The translations under genes were made by a program, and so were the position numbers. 64,000 bases of DNA from positions 61,940-125,939 of IMG/VR virus record IMGVR_UViG_3300044922_000175; one strand, written 5' to 3'. The notes under the pieces are model-generated. The model was not told the origin of the DNA, did not search any database, and saw nothing but the letters and a program-made list of their open reading frames with translations. Positions 41,094 through 51,904 of the stretch are shown piece after piece (position 1 is the stretch's first letter; every line of letters starts with the position of its first letter). The stretch is from a virus.

Positions 41094-41498
41094 TTATTTT
41101 AAGAAAAGCAACTTATATTTTGTAGAATTTATTAAAGCCTTGATTTCATCCATAGTATTTATGATGCTAGAGCATGTTACCATACCTTGAACAAGACCAA
41201 TTTTATCATATAAACTGCGAAGATATTTTACAGCTTCATCTGTAGTTTTAATAGTAGGAATAGCTGCTTGATCCGGGTAAGGTAATAATACCTCTTCTTT
41301 ACCCTGATACTGTTCTGCTAAACCATCCGTAATATCTACAAGAGAATCATAAAACTCTCCCATTGCAACGTGTGCTGAATAATTTGTACTTAATAGATGA
41401 GCAACATGCACCTTAGTTGAGGCATGTAATAACTCATAAATCAACTCTCCCATTGCTTTATGGACAGAGGAAGAAGGTCTTTGTAATTTATTAATCAT
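41094..41498 (-). CDS. Ferritin/Dps-like four-helix-bundle protein
   Basis: KVHVAHL...YSAHVAMGEFYDSL.D.TDGLAEQYQG resembles the Dps H..HW...H...E..D..AE pattern. Confidence 0.6.
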   Translation of the reverse strand: MINKLQRPSSSVHKAMGELIYELLHASTKVHVAHLLSTNYSAHVAMGEFYDSLVDITDGLAEQYQGKEEVLLPYPDQAAIPTIKTTDEAVKYLRSLYDKIGLVQGMVTCSSIINTMDEIKALINSTKYKLLFLK

Positions 41499-41500
41499 CT

Positions 41501-42202
41501 TTAATTATTTCTTTCAGCGTTTTGAGAACCACGAGCAAACTGATTTACTGATTCAATATCACCAGCAATAATGCTAACTGTTTCATCAATAAGTACTTCA
41601 GTTATATCATCTTTAAATTCACAAATTACATCAACTGTAGATACTAAACCAGTGTAAGGATTTACTGCACCAGTGATTTCTATATAAGCTGGTTTCCTGT
41701 AATATGTAAGAATAGGATTTACAATAGTAAATAAACCATCATGATAGATCTTTATTCTATTACCCATGATAGTACAGAATGTTTCACCCCATTCAAAACT
41801 GGGCTTTCTAAATTCATCAACTAATAAGTTTGCAGTATTAGCTTCTTCAACTAGATATACAGTCATTGAATCAGCAGGACAGCATTCTGATTTAGCATCA
41901 GTAGACACTTTCTTATACTCTAAGTAATCAGCAGGTAAAGGGTTAGACTCAAAATACTCAGGTTTATTTAAGCCAGTTATTGGTAATTCTAACAACAAGA
42001 TCTGTAAATCATCTATACGTCTTTTAGAACCCTCATCACCTTCACGGAAAACATTACTAGCATGGAGTTGTCTTCTAACCCATTCTAGTTGTGCCTTGTT
42101 AAAAGCTTCAATAATCTGCCATGCCTCAAGATTATCATAATCATTTGAGGCCAACTTATTAAGCCGCTGCTTAATTTTTAACTGGAGTATATCGTTATTC
42201 AT
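41501..42202 (-). CDS. Head-tail ring/adaptor protein
   Basis: 233 aa containing LTYYRKP and RRIDDLQIL. Call is by crAss-like synteny downstream of the MCP. Confidence 0.6.
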   Translation of the reverse strand: MNNDILQLKIKQRLNKLASNDYDNLEAWQIIEAFNKAQLEWVRRQLHASNVFREGDEGSKRRIDDLQILLLELPITGLNKPEYFESNPLPADYLEYKKVSTDAKSECCPADSMTVYLVEEANTANLLVDEFRKPSFEWGETFCTIMGNRIKIYHDGLFTIVNPILTYYRKPAYIEITGAVNPYTGLVSTVDVICEFKDDITEVLIDETVSIIAGDIESVNQFARGSQNAERNN

Positions 42203-42215
42203 ATGTGTTAACTGT

Positions 42216-42240
42216 AGGGGGTATTATATTATACCCCCTC
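42216..42240. terminator. Intergenic GC-rich hairpin (terminator or RNA-stability element)
   Basis: GGGGGTAT/ATACCCCC stem with only a weak U-tract. Confidence 0.45.
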
Positions 42241-42259
42241 AGTGTTATTCTATATTAGA

Positions 42260-43273
42260 TTACTCTTTCCAATGCTTTTCAACCTTCTCTATAATCTTGT
42301 CAGAAACATCCTGATTTAAAGGATTTTTCATATACTCAACTATATCAGCCGGTGTTCTACCAAGCATTGTGCTAGATTCAAGATGATAAATAAATCCATC
42401 ACTCTTACTAACTATATATTTATAAAAAGAAGAATCTTTAACAACTGCTCTGAGTTTAAGATTAGTTAAATCCTCATTAGCAAGTGCTAAGAACTTCTCT
42501 GCTGTTTTAGTTTTATCAGTTTCAATTGTCTCACCATTAATGTATTTGTCCATGTTATCATAAACAATATCATTAGGTGTAGACTTTTTATACTGTGCAC
42601 TATCAATGTCAAGAACTTTGGCAATATAAAATAATTTTCCTTGGTTCTTGTCAAACATTTTTTGTAATTCAGACAAAGCTTTGTTACGTAACTTTTTACT
42701 TTCTGTTTTAATTGTTACAGTCTCTTCAGCTCTATCTAAATAGAATTTTGGAGGAACGGCCCTACGTCTTGCATCATCGTAGTTTTTAGCTACAATACTA
42801 AAACCATTTGACTCAATTGCATAAAGCTTGATAAGATCATATGGATCTTTAGCAGGCTCTAAGAATAATGGTTCATTACCACATCTTATTGCAATCTTAC
42901 TCCAGAACTCATCATTATCTGGTTTAAGAAGTTTAATCTTATTCCAGAAATCAGGATCATCAGGATTAACAACGTTAGCTGCTAATTCCTTTTCTAATTG
43001 AGAAACTACTTTTCTAATCTCTCTGATTTTAGCTTCACGCTCATCATCTGGTAAGAATTTTACTTCAGGAGCAAATTCATTTAATCCAGTTACATAGCGC
43101 TTAATCCCGTTAATCTCAAGACAAGCAAGTTGTTCTTCATGAAATACCCCATCAAAAAGGGATAATCCATACTTTTCAAGACCCATATTATTGATTGTTG
43201 AATCAAAATAGGGACGTACACTTACAGTACTTTTTTTGTTCTGTGGGTACCTTTCTACAATTGTTATACTCAT
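42260..43273 (-). CDS. Conserved capsid-module protein of crAss-like phages (function unknown)
   Basis: 337-aa helical protein two genes downstream of the MCP. Confidence 0.55.
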   Translation of the reverse strand: MSITIVERYPQNKKSTVSVRPYFDSTINNMGLEKYGLSLFDGVFHEEQLACLEINGIKRYVTGLNEFAPEVKFLPDDEREAKIREIRKVVSQLEKELAANVVNPDDPDFWNKIKLLKPDNDEFWSKIAIRCGNEPLFLEPAKDPYDLIKLYAIESNGFSIVAKNYDDARRRAVPPKFYLDRAEETVTIKTESKKLRNKALSELQKMFDKNQGKLFYIAKVLDIDSAQYKKSTPNDIVYDNMDKYINGETIETDKTKTAEKFLALANEDLTNLKLRAVVKDSSFYKYIVSKSDGFIYHLESSTMLGRTPADIVEYMKNPLNQDVSDKIIEKVEKHWKE

Positions 43274-43295
43274 GGTTTTTTGTTGGTTTGATTAT

Positions 43296-43320
43296 ATAGG
43301 GGAGCTATTAACTCCCCTAT
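43296..43320. terminator. Intergenic hairpin
   Basis: ATAGGGGAG/CTCCCCTAT 9-bp stem. Confidence 0.5.
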
Positions 43321-43326
43321 AATTTT

Positions 43327-43761
43327 TTAATTAATTACTGAGAAATGTACAGATACTGCAGCATTTAATGCAGCAGAAGAATGCACATTGTAAAGTTTTA
43401 CACTGAAACTATTAGCAGCAATAGCTGAAATAGTTGCATATGCAATACCATTTCCTGCGTATTGTACAGATACTAAAACTTTAGAAGTAGCTAACACTTT
43501 GCTATTTGTAACAACAAATACAGCAGAAGCATCAGCAGCTAAAGTACTAGATACTGTAGTAATAACACCTGCTTCAGCATTCACAGTAACACCTGAAGTA
43601 ATGCTACTAGATTGAGTTACATTAGCAGTAGTAATAGCAGCAGCTTTTGTATTTAATTCATTTACAATAGCATTAATGTGTCCAAATTTAGCTAAGGACA
43701 TATCAGATTCTTTTACTAAGAAAGCATCTGGAGAAGCGGGAGAAAATGTAGAGATTGCCAT
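43327..43761 (-). CDS. Putative capsid decoration / head fibre protein
   Basis: 144 aa, Ala/Ser/Val-rich and beta-stranded, directly after the MCP. Confidence 0.5.
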   Translation of the reverse strand: MAISTFSPASPDAFLVKESDMSLAKFGHINAIVNELNTKAAAITTANVTQSSSITSGVTVNAEAGVITTVSSTLAADASAVFVVTNSKVLATSKVLVSVQYAGNGIAYATISAIAANSFSVKLYNVHSSAALNAAVSVHFSVIN

Positions 43762-43786
43762 TTTATTTTATATTTTTTTTAATTAG

Positions 43787-43819
43787 AACCCAGAGCCAGC
43801 AACGAAGTGACTCTGGGTT
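43787..43819. terminator. Hairpin after the MCP stop codon
   Basis: AACCCAGAG/CTCTGGGTT 9-bp stem. Confidence 0.5.
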
Positions 43820-43832
43820 GATATGTTTATTA

Positions 43833-45452
43833 TTAGAAGCTTCCGCCAGTAATAGGGTTACGCATAACAATTTTCAACACTTTAGTTGGGTCTTTTACCC
43901 AAACTGCAGGCATTGTTTGAGACATCATTACACGGTATCCGTTAAAGTTACCAGAAGATTGGAATCCTTGGCTACGGCCCATATAATCCATAGTTCCGTT
44001 TTGGTAGAACCACTTCAATTGATTATCCCAAGACAATTTCAACAAGTAAAGGTTTTCATTTACGTTATCAGTAATGTCAAAGATAATGAAATTATATGAA
44101 CTCAAAGGATGACCATCAATTAAGGGGTTTTCAATATCGTTAGTATGTAAGTTATCAAATGCAGGGTTCAATACAAACTTAACGTTAGCCAAGAAAGGAA
44201 TTACGTAGCTGGTGTATGCAAATCCAAAGTTCAAATCCATACCTTTACCGGTAATAGCTCCAACTTCAGAAGCATTGATAACCAAACCACTGTTAACAGC
44301 TTCTTTCTTAATAGCCTCATTCACCATTTTCATACCACCCAAACCGGTTTGTACAATCAATTGGCGCTTAGGATCTGGACCTTGGAAGTCAACTTTACCA
44401 ACGTAGAAGTTGTACAATTCAGCACGGAACATATCCAAAGTGAAACTAGATTTGTTGTAGATACGCTTGAAAGAGTTATCCAACTGCTTCCAAAGACCCA
44501 CTGACAAACGGATATCATCTGGACCATCTTGCTTAATCTTACCACCTTGTCCCCACATCAAGTAGGTCTCAATGTCATTAGCAATTTTGCTCAAGTGAGC
44601 AGCTTCCATAGTAGTCAAGAAAGTACGGCTTAACTGACCATTGTCAAATGCACGCTTAACTGCATCTTTACCCATAGTCTGTACCATAGACTCCAAGCTA
44701 TTGATTGCAGGGTCCATAGACTTATCAAAGTTACGCCAGATTTCTACAACAGGAACAGTACCATCAGCTTTCATACCACCCTTCAACATCAAGTCAGCAC
44801 GACTAGAGATTGAGTAAGATACGTGAGCTTCAGCACCACCTACGAAGTTGTAGAATTCACGGAAACCAGCACCATAGTGTCCGATATCAGAGAAACGCTC
44901 ACCGTATTCACCACGAGCAGAACCTTTACGGAAAACTTTAGTACCAGATGCTAAGTATTTGTTATCCAAGTATTTAGCATTGTCATTGTTTACTAACTGA
45001 ACAGTGTAGATGAAACCATCACCTGTAGGAAGAATATCAGCAGCAGTTACGTACATTTCCAAACCGTTGTATTTGTCATAAGTGATGATATCACCATGTC
45101 CAAAAGAACGCTTGTTTAATTTGATTTTGAAGGTAGTACCATCAACACCTTTAGCAGCATTTGCAGATTCAATATCTTCTACAATGTAAGGAAGATCTTG
45201 AGCTACAGGAACTTGCCATTTGTACTCACCACGAGCATTGTCTACAGAGATGATGTTTTTTCCACCAAAACTAGAGAATTGATACAAGGGCATTTCAACT
45301 TTTTGAGCCATTGCCCATAAGTCTACTGGACCCATGTCCATAGGTTCACTGCTTTTCAGCATGTTTACGAGGTGGTATGAATCTACGTGAGAGCTAGCTT
45401 GGTAGCTGGTATCACGCAGAAATATACCATTGTTTAAAACTGGAGTTGCCAT
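43833..45452 (-). CDS. Major capsid protein (crAss-like)
   Basis: 539 aa with the strongest codon bias in the window. It follows the portal and an acidic scaffold gene, and ends WVKDPTKVLKIVMRNP. Confidence 0.9.
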   Translation of the reverse strand: MATPVLNNGIFLRDTSYQASSHVDSYHLVNMLKSSEPMDMGPVDLWAMAQKVEMPLYQFSSFGGKNIISVDNARGEYKWQVPVAQDLPYIVEDIESANAAKGVDGTTFKIKLNKRSFGHGDIITYDKYNGLEMYVTAADILPTGDGFIYTVQLVNNDNAKYLDNKYLASGTKVFRKGSARGEYGERFSDIGHYGAGFREFYNFVGGAEAHVSYSISSRADLMLKGGMKADGTVPVVEIWRNFDKSMDPAINSLESMVQTMGKDAVKRAFDNGQLSRTFLTTMEAAHLSKIANDIETYLMWGQGGKIKQDGPDDIRLSVGLWKQLDNSFKRIYNKSSFTLDMFRAELYNFYVGKVDFQGPDPKRQLIVQTGLGGMKMVNEAIKKEAVNSGLVINASEVGAITGKGMDLNFGFAYTSYVIPFLANVKFVLNPAFDNLHTNDIENPLIDGHPLSSYNFIIFDITDNVNENLYLLKLSWDNQLKWFYQNGTMDYMGRSQGFQSSGNFNGYRVMMSQTMPAVWVKDPTKVLKIVMRNPITGGSF

Positions 45453-45485
45453 AATTATTTATTTATTTGTTTGTTTGTTGTGTTG

Positions 45486-46712
45486 TTAAAATCTTTTAAA
45501 AATATTTGCTTGTCTTGGAATCTTACGCTGTTTGGGTTCCTCTCTTTCTTCAGGTACAGTACTAGAAACTTTTCTTGACTGTTCTGTTTTAAGTTGCCTT
45601 ACAGTGTTTTCAACCACTTTATTTTTGCCTTGCTCCATGATCTTTGACTTGTATCCATCAGGATCTGCCAATAACCACAGCGCTTCAGCTACTAATGGGT
45701 AGTTAGGTTCTACAAATTGATGTTTCTCTAACAAATGACCCAATAGGTTTGTGTTTCTTCCTGAGATAGAAGGATAGTTAGGTTGTACAAGACCAGCATA
45801 TAACATAGACTGGGTTTTCTTATCCAACTTAACACCAGCTAACTCAGCGGGTTTAAGAGCCTCATACACGTTATCCATGTAAGCTGCTGCTGCTTGTTCT
45901 TGTTGTGCCTTCATATGCTCTTGTTCAGCAATCTTTTGGGCTACAATAGACTCTTGCATCTTATCCAACTTTGGTTTAAACTTATTAGCTTGTTGTTCTA
46001 ACTTACCTAAGTCTTTCCAGGTTGTGATTTCCTCATCAATATCTTCATCATTACCAAATCCAGTAGCACGCAAATAAGAACGTACAATTTGTTCTTGATC
46101 CATTTCATCTGTAGGATCTAAACCACGTACTTCTTCTACTTGTGCTAATGCACTGAACAAACCTTTAAGATCTGTACCACCATTAGCTACATACTGGGCA
46201 GCATACTGAAGTTCTTCAGGAAGCGCTTCAAAGAACTCTTTTGGAGTTTGCTCTTTAATTGCTCGCTCCTTTTCTTCAAAGTTAGCTTGCAAGAGCTCCT
46301 TCCAATCTTTAATAGAGTATTCATCCATTGGTTTATCATCTTCAAAACCAATCAATACACCCTCTTCAATAAGTTTAGAGAAGGTTTCCACCATACCACT
46401 CTTATCTACTTTAGGTCTACCTCCTCTGGGTGACTCCTCTTCTTGCTCTAATAAATCATCAACCTCATTGGTTAACTCTTTAAGAACTTGTTCAGCAGAT
46501 TGAGTTGGTTTCTTGATGTTACCATCCTCATCCTCTTCTTCTTTATCTAAGAACGTTAAATCCGTTTTAGGAGATGAAAAGATACTTGGTTTCTTTTCTT
46601 CTTCTGTTGGAAGCATGATACTATCTGCTCCCGGAGCTCCACCAAAGATATCATCAATGTTGATATCTACTTGTTGTACGGTGGTTTGCTCAGTTGGTTT
46701 GGTTTCACTCAT
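45486..46712 (-). CDS. Putative scaffold protein
   Basis: 408 aa, very acidic and helical, located between portal and MCP. Confidence 0.7.
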   Translation of the reverse strand: MSETKPTEQTTVQQVDINIDDIFGGAPGADSIMLPTEEEKKPSIFSSPKTDLTFLDKEEEDEDGNIKKPTQSAEQVLKELTNEVDDLLEQEEESPRGGRPKVDKSGMVETFSKLIEEGVLIGFEDDKPMDEYSIKDWKELLQANFEEKERAIKEQTPKEFFEALPEELQYAAQYVANGGTDLKGLFSALAQVEEVRGLDPTDEMDQEQIVRSYLRATGFGNDEDIDEEITTWKDLGKLEQQANKFKPKLDKMQESIVAQKIAEQEHMKAQQEQAAAAYMDNVYEALKPAELAGVKLDKKTQSMLYAGLVQPNYPSISGRNTNLLGHLLEKHQFVEPNYPLVAEALWLLADPDGYKSKIMEQGKNKVVENTVRQLKTEQSRKVSSTVPEEREEPKQRKIPRQANIFKRF

Positions 46713-46819
46713 ATAGTTGGTTATTTTAGTTTGTAGTGTACATTAAGAATATAATATATTACTTCTAATAAACTTTAAAAATTTGATTTTAAAGCCGTAT
46801 TTTTTGTAATATAAGGCTA

Positions 46820-49567
46820 TTACTTCTTCTTGTTATCTTTAACATCATACTTATTCTTGTTCACTCTAGCTATTTCTAATTGTTTATTAGCAATCTCTCT
46901 TTGTGAAGCAAGCTTTTCTCTTTCAATAGATAACTTATCCATGTTAATAGCTTTCTGAGTACTGGCAGATTCTTTCTTTAAGTCCATTTGTTGCTGAAAC
47001 TCCTCACTCTTACGGATATCTTTCATAGCATCTTGATAATCAGACTGTAAATTTTGGTTAATATCTACACCAGCACCATAACCAGCAGCCCTAATTTCAG
47101 CAATAACAATATCATTCTGTCTATTCTTCTCATTCTCTTCAGCTTCAAACTGCATCTTCATCATAGCCTCTTGATTCTTAGCTTGTAAAGCCTGCTCTTG
47201 CATAGCTTGTTGTTGTTGCATTTCCTGCTGACGTTGAGCTTGTTGTTTCTCATCAGAAGATTTAAGGATGTGAGATACTTCTGCAATAGACTCAGCCTTC
47301 ATGATATTACCTAAATCATAAATAGAGGCACCTGCGGTGTTGTTTGTGATAGCCAATTGCTTTAACTGCTCCAGAGTAGCTCTGTGATTAGTTTTGGTCG
47401 TACAGAAGATATTAAAGTCTCTAAGCAATAAGTCAGTACCATTCATCTCAAAGTTAACCTTCTCATCAGTAGAGGTAATATACTGCAATCTAATAGATGG
47501 TTTGGTTGACTGATAGAACTGGGCTAAGTCTGTACGCATCTGATGTACACGAGGCATTAAGTAATCACAGTGATTAATAAAGTATGTCTCTGTCTGTGCA
47601 TAAGAGTTTGATACAGCAATTCTTACACCAGTAGCTGTTGCTTGCTCTACTTGTTCTCCAAGACGCTGTGGTGTAATACCTATTACCTCAAATGCTTGCT
47701 GCTTAAAGTAGTTAGCCAATTGAGTTCTAGACATCAAACGCTGTGTCTGTTCTAAGTTTAATACCTGATAGTGTTGAAAGTTAAGAGCATTCTCAGTGTT
47801 AGTGATAGATGTATCCAATGGTAACATCTGGAAGTTCTTCATTGCAACGTAGGCTTTTGCTAAGTTGTTCTTTCCCCAATCTTCTCCCAATGAGTGTCTA
47901 GGTAAAGCATTCTGATCTAACATGATCACAGTACCTAATTCATCTACAAGAATATCAGCAATTTGGTTATTTACAATGTTATAACCAATCTGGTAAGGCT
48001 TCATTAAATCTACTAAAGATGTAGACTTAGTGTTTCTATCTGAGAATACAGATCCTTCTACTGGTAATTTACAACCGTACAATGTAGAATCTCCTTTAAA
48101 TTGGAAAGGTACTCGTCCTGGTTTAGAACGATTAATACCTAAGTAAATAGGATTAATACCACTTGCATTGTTGTTCATCCCAAAATATGCAGGGTAGTTA
48201 GGCCCAATTTTTACTCCACCCCATACCTCATTAATCCAAATCCAATCAATATGTTCTCCTGCAATTAAGTTCTCTTTAGTTTTATTCTTAAGTACACTTG
48301 TATCATAGATAGGTTTTTGAGTAATAGCATATGACTCATCTACCACATCTTGCATAACTTGTCCGGTCTCATCAATCTTAATTAAATGTCCAACTTTACG
48401 CTGTGACTTCCAATAGATATGAGCTACACGTAACATATCTGTATTCTGATAATCTGTATAATCTTCAGATTCAGACATGATATAACTAACTATATCATTA
48501 CCAGCAGTACTATTTTGCTCCCATACAGACATAAACTGACGGTATTGTAATGATGGCATGTTAGTATTCCATTCATGAGACTTAGTAGCATCATAGTAAG
48601 AACCATCATTTTGCATTCCTTGCAATGGATATCCTGCTGCTCTTGTTGGATAAATAGCTTCTAATGATTGTAATTGAGCATCAGTCATTAAATATCCATA
48701 CTTGTCAATAATATCAGAGACTGTATATAACTCAACTTTACCTACCCAGTTACCTTGAGAGATATACCTAATGTCTGGAGACTTATGATAGAAAGTAACC
48801 AAAGGATTCCACAATTCTAATTCATAATCATCTTCATTCATCTTAAAGTGCCAGAACTCTCTATCTGTGATTAACATATCACGGAAAGCTCTTTCCTCAA
48901 GCTCATCCATTTTAAATCTTTCTTCATCTACACGGGCTTGATGTTCTGCCCACTCTTCTAACATTGAACGATAGTCTTTCTTAAAGAACTGTTCAATCTC
49001 AGGTAATGATTTAAGATTTTCTGGGGCTAATGCTTTCTGAATCTCAGGATCTTCCATATCAGCACCCTGCTCAATCATACTCATAACCATCTTACGTTCA
49101 GCATCAGCTAATAGCCTTTGCTCAATCATAGCTCTTTTCTGATCTAATAATTCATTGTAGGAGATCTCATCTACAGCCCGGAATGTTACTCTTGTATTTC
49201 TTTTAGCAAATTCTGCTACTAATACATTAATTACATTAGGAATAATTGGGTAAAATTTTAACTCTAATGCTGACTGATCTTCTTTAGTAAGAACATCAAT
49301 TAATTCAGCATACTCTACATCTTCCTCAACTATATAATCACTACGATCAATAATACCTTTAGCAAGCTTGTAGTTCTTAGAGAGTCTGCGTGCATTTCTA
49401 CGCAACTGCTTCATACCCTGCCACTCTAACCAATCAAGGTTATGTGCAGCCCAATCATCATCTTTATCCTTTCTTGGAATAAATTGGATTGGTTGAGTAA
49501 GAGTACTCATCTTATTGTATTCTGCCTTAGCTCCATTTTTGAGCTGCATAGCATTATATAACTGCAT
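46820..49567 (-). CDS. Portal protein
   Basis: 915 aa containing FYPIIPNVINVL, VWGGVKIG and QQAFEVIGITPQRLG, with a Gln-rich coiled-coil tail. Located between terminase and scaffold. Confidence 0.9.
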   Translation of the reverse strand: MQLYNAMQLKNGAKAEYNKMSTLTQPIQFIPRKDKDDDWAAHNLDWLEWQGMKQLRRNARRLSKNYKLAKGIIDRSDYIVEEDVEYAELIDVLTKEDQSALELKFYPIIPNVINVLVAEFAKRNTRVTFRAVDEISYNELLDQKRAMIEQRLLADAERKMVMSMIEQGADMEDPEIQKALAPENLKSLPEIEQFFKKDYRSMLEEWAEHQARVDEERFKMDELEERAFRDMLITDREFWHFKMNEDDYELELWNPLVTFYHKSPDIRYISQGNWVGKVELYTVSDIIDKYGYLMTDAQLQSLEAIYPTRAAGYPLQGMQNDGSYYDATKSHEWNTNMPSLQYRQFMSVWEQNSTAGNDIVSYIMSESEDYTDYQNTDMLRVAHIYWKSQRKVGHLIKIDETGQVMQDVVDESYAITQKPIYDTSVLKNKTKENLIAGEHIDWIWINEVWGGVKIGPNYPAYFGMNNNASGINPIYLGINRSKPGRVPFQFKGDSTLYGCKLPVEGSVFSDRNTKSTSLVDLMKPYQIGYNIVNNQIADILVDELGTVIMLDQNALPRHSLGEDWGKNNLAKAYVAMKNFQMLPLDTSITNTENALNFQHYQVLNLEQTQRLMSRTQLANYFKQQAFEVIGITPQRLGEQVEQATATGVRIAVSNSYAQTETYFINHCDYLMPRVHQMRTDLAQFYQSTKPSIRLQYITSTDEKVNFEMNGTDLLLRDFNIFCTTKTNHRATLEQLKQLAITNNTAGASIYDLGNIMKAESIAEVSHILKSSDEKQQAQRQQEMQQQQAMQEQALQAKNQEAMMKMQFEAEENEKNRQNDIVIAEIRAAGYGAGVDINQNLQSDYQDAMKDIRKSEEFQQQMDLKKESASTQKAINMDKLSIEREKLASQREIANKQLEIARVNKNKYDVKDNKKK

Positions 49568-49700
49568 AGTCTGTAATTGTTGTATTAAATTGTTCTATTA
49601 ATTCATTAACATTAATGTCAACAGTTTCTTCATCTTCATCAGAATAATAACTGATATAAGTTACATTAACTGTAACATTTTCCATCGCTGTAGTACTCAT
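49554..49700 (-). CDS. 48-aa acidic hypothetical protein
   Basis: Translated by hand: MSTTAMENVTVNVTYISYYSDEDEETVDINVNELIEQFNTTITDYAVI. It fills the terL-portal gap and overlaps the portal start. Confidence 0.55.
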   Translation of the reverse strand: MSTTAMENVTVNVTYISYYSDEDEETVDINVNELIEQFNTTITDYAVI

Positions 49701-49711
49701 GCACCAGTTTA

Positions 49712-51904
49712 TCATTTTAAATTTCTAAACGCCTGTTTTGGTCTTTGCATATTACCAGAAGACCCACTTTTTCCAATATGCCTAAAAGCCCCTACTTTTA
49801 ATTTATATAAATCTTTTGACTTATCCAAACTTTCAGGGTTTAGTTCTCTACGTTTTAAATATCCACGGTTTGATTGTTGGATCTTTGCAAAGGCTACAAG
49901 AGCTGTAAATGCCACTAATCTATCCACGTTTAAACCCTCTCTATATGACAACATCTCTTTGATCAGCATAGGATCTGGTATTCTAGATACACCATAGGTA
50001 GTCTTTACAACTGTACCATCTGTTTTATAATCATGATCAATCTCCTCTCTAAGAAATTCAATTGCATAAGAAAGTAAATGAGCTTTAAATAATGTACCCG
50101 TGTTTCTCCAACCATACTGTTGATATACACTAGCATTACTACCAATGTCTTTCAAGAATAAGATCTGATCTTTAGTAACCAGGTATCTCTGTTTTCTCTG
50201 GGATATCATGTACTGGATAAATAGGGATACGTTATTCTCCACTAATGTCCAGGCATTATACCACTCAATAATTAACTCTAGTCTTTCATGTGTTTTCTTG
50301 ATATCATCAAAACGTCCACACCATGCTGCTACAATTCTATCCTGTTCTATATGCGTTTTCTGTTCTCCACCCTCTTCTCTAGATACTTCCACAGGAGCTT
50401 TATAAACAAAAATGGAACAAAGAGAATCAGAGGTAGTAGTCTTACCTTCAGAAACCGGGTCAATACTTGCATAATACATTCCAAATGTAGGATCTTTTTT
50501 AGGTCTTTCCCACACGACCAAGCATCCTGTCTTATCTTCTGTCTTTTTAGAGATAGGAAACTCATTAATAGGTAGTTTATTAGAGTCTTTAACAGCTAAA
50601 TTACTATGCTCATCTCTATATAACTCTAATAATTCATAAGCATATTCTTTATCTTCAATTCTTCGTAATTGTGCAGCAAGTAAATGTACAGAAAATACAG
50701 ACTCTCTTCTAAATGCAAAAGCCTCTTCAATATTTGTAGGCTTCTGGGAGATACGTAACTGGTACTTATCAGGCTCAATCTCTTTCTTCCACTTAATCCT
50801 CTCTTCTTTAATAGCTTCTAAAGCAGTCTCTACTAATGAGTTACCATACTTATCTACATACGGCATCATTGACCACTGTTCAGGAATAAATAATCCGGCT
50901 GTACCAATAGTCCCTTTGCCATCTAATAGATTAGTTTCTACAGCAAAGATATCATTAGCTTCCGGGTTCATGATTAAGTTCTTTAATGGTTCACACTGAT
51001 CAAGGTCACCGACAGATCCTGCTGCAATAAATACCCCGGTAGTTACCATACCAGATTGTAATGCAGGACGTAAGTATTCATATGTCTCCCCCATCTTAGG
51101 AGCAATACCTGCTTCCTCGTGGAAGAAGTACTGACAAGGACCACCCACACCCGCTGTTGCAGATTTCTCAAATGACATACCTTGTATAGTACCTTTTAAT
51201 CCTACCTCAGTTTTCTTATTCCCTTTTCTTACCTCAATCTTTTGCTGCCATAGCATTACTTTATCCGGATTCATTGGTCTGTACCAGGCTGTATGCTCAT
51301 TCAGAAACGATGCATACTCATCTAAGAACTTCCATGTACCCTTATCGTTTATATAATCTTTAAGCGAAGCTCCTATCTTAAGAGTAACACCCTCTTCAAA
51401 CCATAATGAGTTGATTAGTTTACCAGCATGAAAGTATGAAGATGCAATCTGACGTTTCTTAAGAATAGCTACGTGCTTGTAGTATAGTTCAGCCAAGATC
51501 TCATACAGAGCCATGTGGTACTGAGCATCCCGGACTTTAGCAAATCCAAACCTCTTCTCTTCTTTATCATAAATAGGTAAGAAGTTTAACCACATGTAAT
51601 AATCTCTGCTTAAGTACCAAACATTTGTTTGATCCTTATACAGTACACCATTCCTGCATTTCTTTTTCTGGTCATCCCAGTAATATATGTAATCCTTAGA
51701 TTTAAAAGGCGCTACTGTATAGAAGCCTAACTTATTAAAAGTAGTTGCCTCTTTATTAAACAATAGACTAGTCTCATTAAAATTATACTGCCCTGGTTCC
51801 TTAAATAGTGTAAGTAAATAACTCCTCCATTCTTCTTTAGAAGAAAATTCTGTAGTTGTCCAAACACCATTATCCCAAGTAGGAATTTCAATAATACTAT
51901 TCAT
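49712..51904 (-). CDS. terL: Terminase large subunit
   Basis: Walker A-like ILKKRQIASSY, Walker B YFFHEEAG, and nuclease motifs YYASIDP, WTLVENN and NVDRLVA. Confidence 0.92.
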   Translation of the reverse strand: MNSIIEIPTWDNGVWTTTEFSSKEEWRSYLLTLFKEPGQYNFNETSLLFNKEATTFNKLGFYTVAPFKSKDYIYYWDDQKKKCRNGVLYKDQTNVWYLSRDYYMWLNFLPIYDKEEKRFGFAKVRDAQYHMALYEILAELYYKHVAILKKRQIASSYFHAGKLINSLWFEEGVTLKIGASLKDYINDKGTWKFLDEYASFLNEHTAWYRPMNPDKVMLWQQKIEVRKGNKKTEVGLKGTIQGMSFEKSATAGVGGPCQYFFHEEAGIAPKMGETYEYLRPALQSGMVTTGVFIAAGSVGDLDQCEPLKNLIMNPEANDIFAVETNLLDGKGTIGTAGLFIPEQWSMMPYVDKYGNSLVETALEAIKEERIKWKKEIEPDKYQLRISQKPTNIEEAFAFRRESVFSVHLLAAQLRRIEDKEYAYELLELYRDEHSNLAVKDSNKLPINEFPISKKTEDKTGCLVVWERPKKDPTFGMYYASIDPVSEGKTTTSDSLCSIFVYKAPVEVSREEGGEQKTHIEQDRIVAAWCGRFDDIKKTHERLELIIEWYNAWTLVENNVSLFIQYMISQRKQRYLVTKDQILFLKDIGSNASVYQQYGWRNTGTLFKAHLLSYAIEFLREEIDHDYKTDGTVVKTTYGVSRIPDPMLIKEMLSYREGLNVDRLVAFTALVAFAKIQQSNRGYLKRRELNPESLDKSKDLYKLKVGAFRHIGKSGSSGNMQRPKQAFRNLK

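Noticed and set aside
45453-45485. ATTT/GTTT microsatellite-like tract upstream of the MCP
   Set aside because: It is explained as an A-rich, SD-less Bacteroidota-type translation leader on the minus strand.
46820-51904. Intein or group I intron in terminase or portal
   Set aside because: Both frames are continuous, with no C...HN intein ends or embedded endonuclease motifs.
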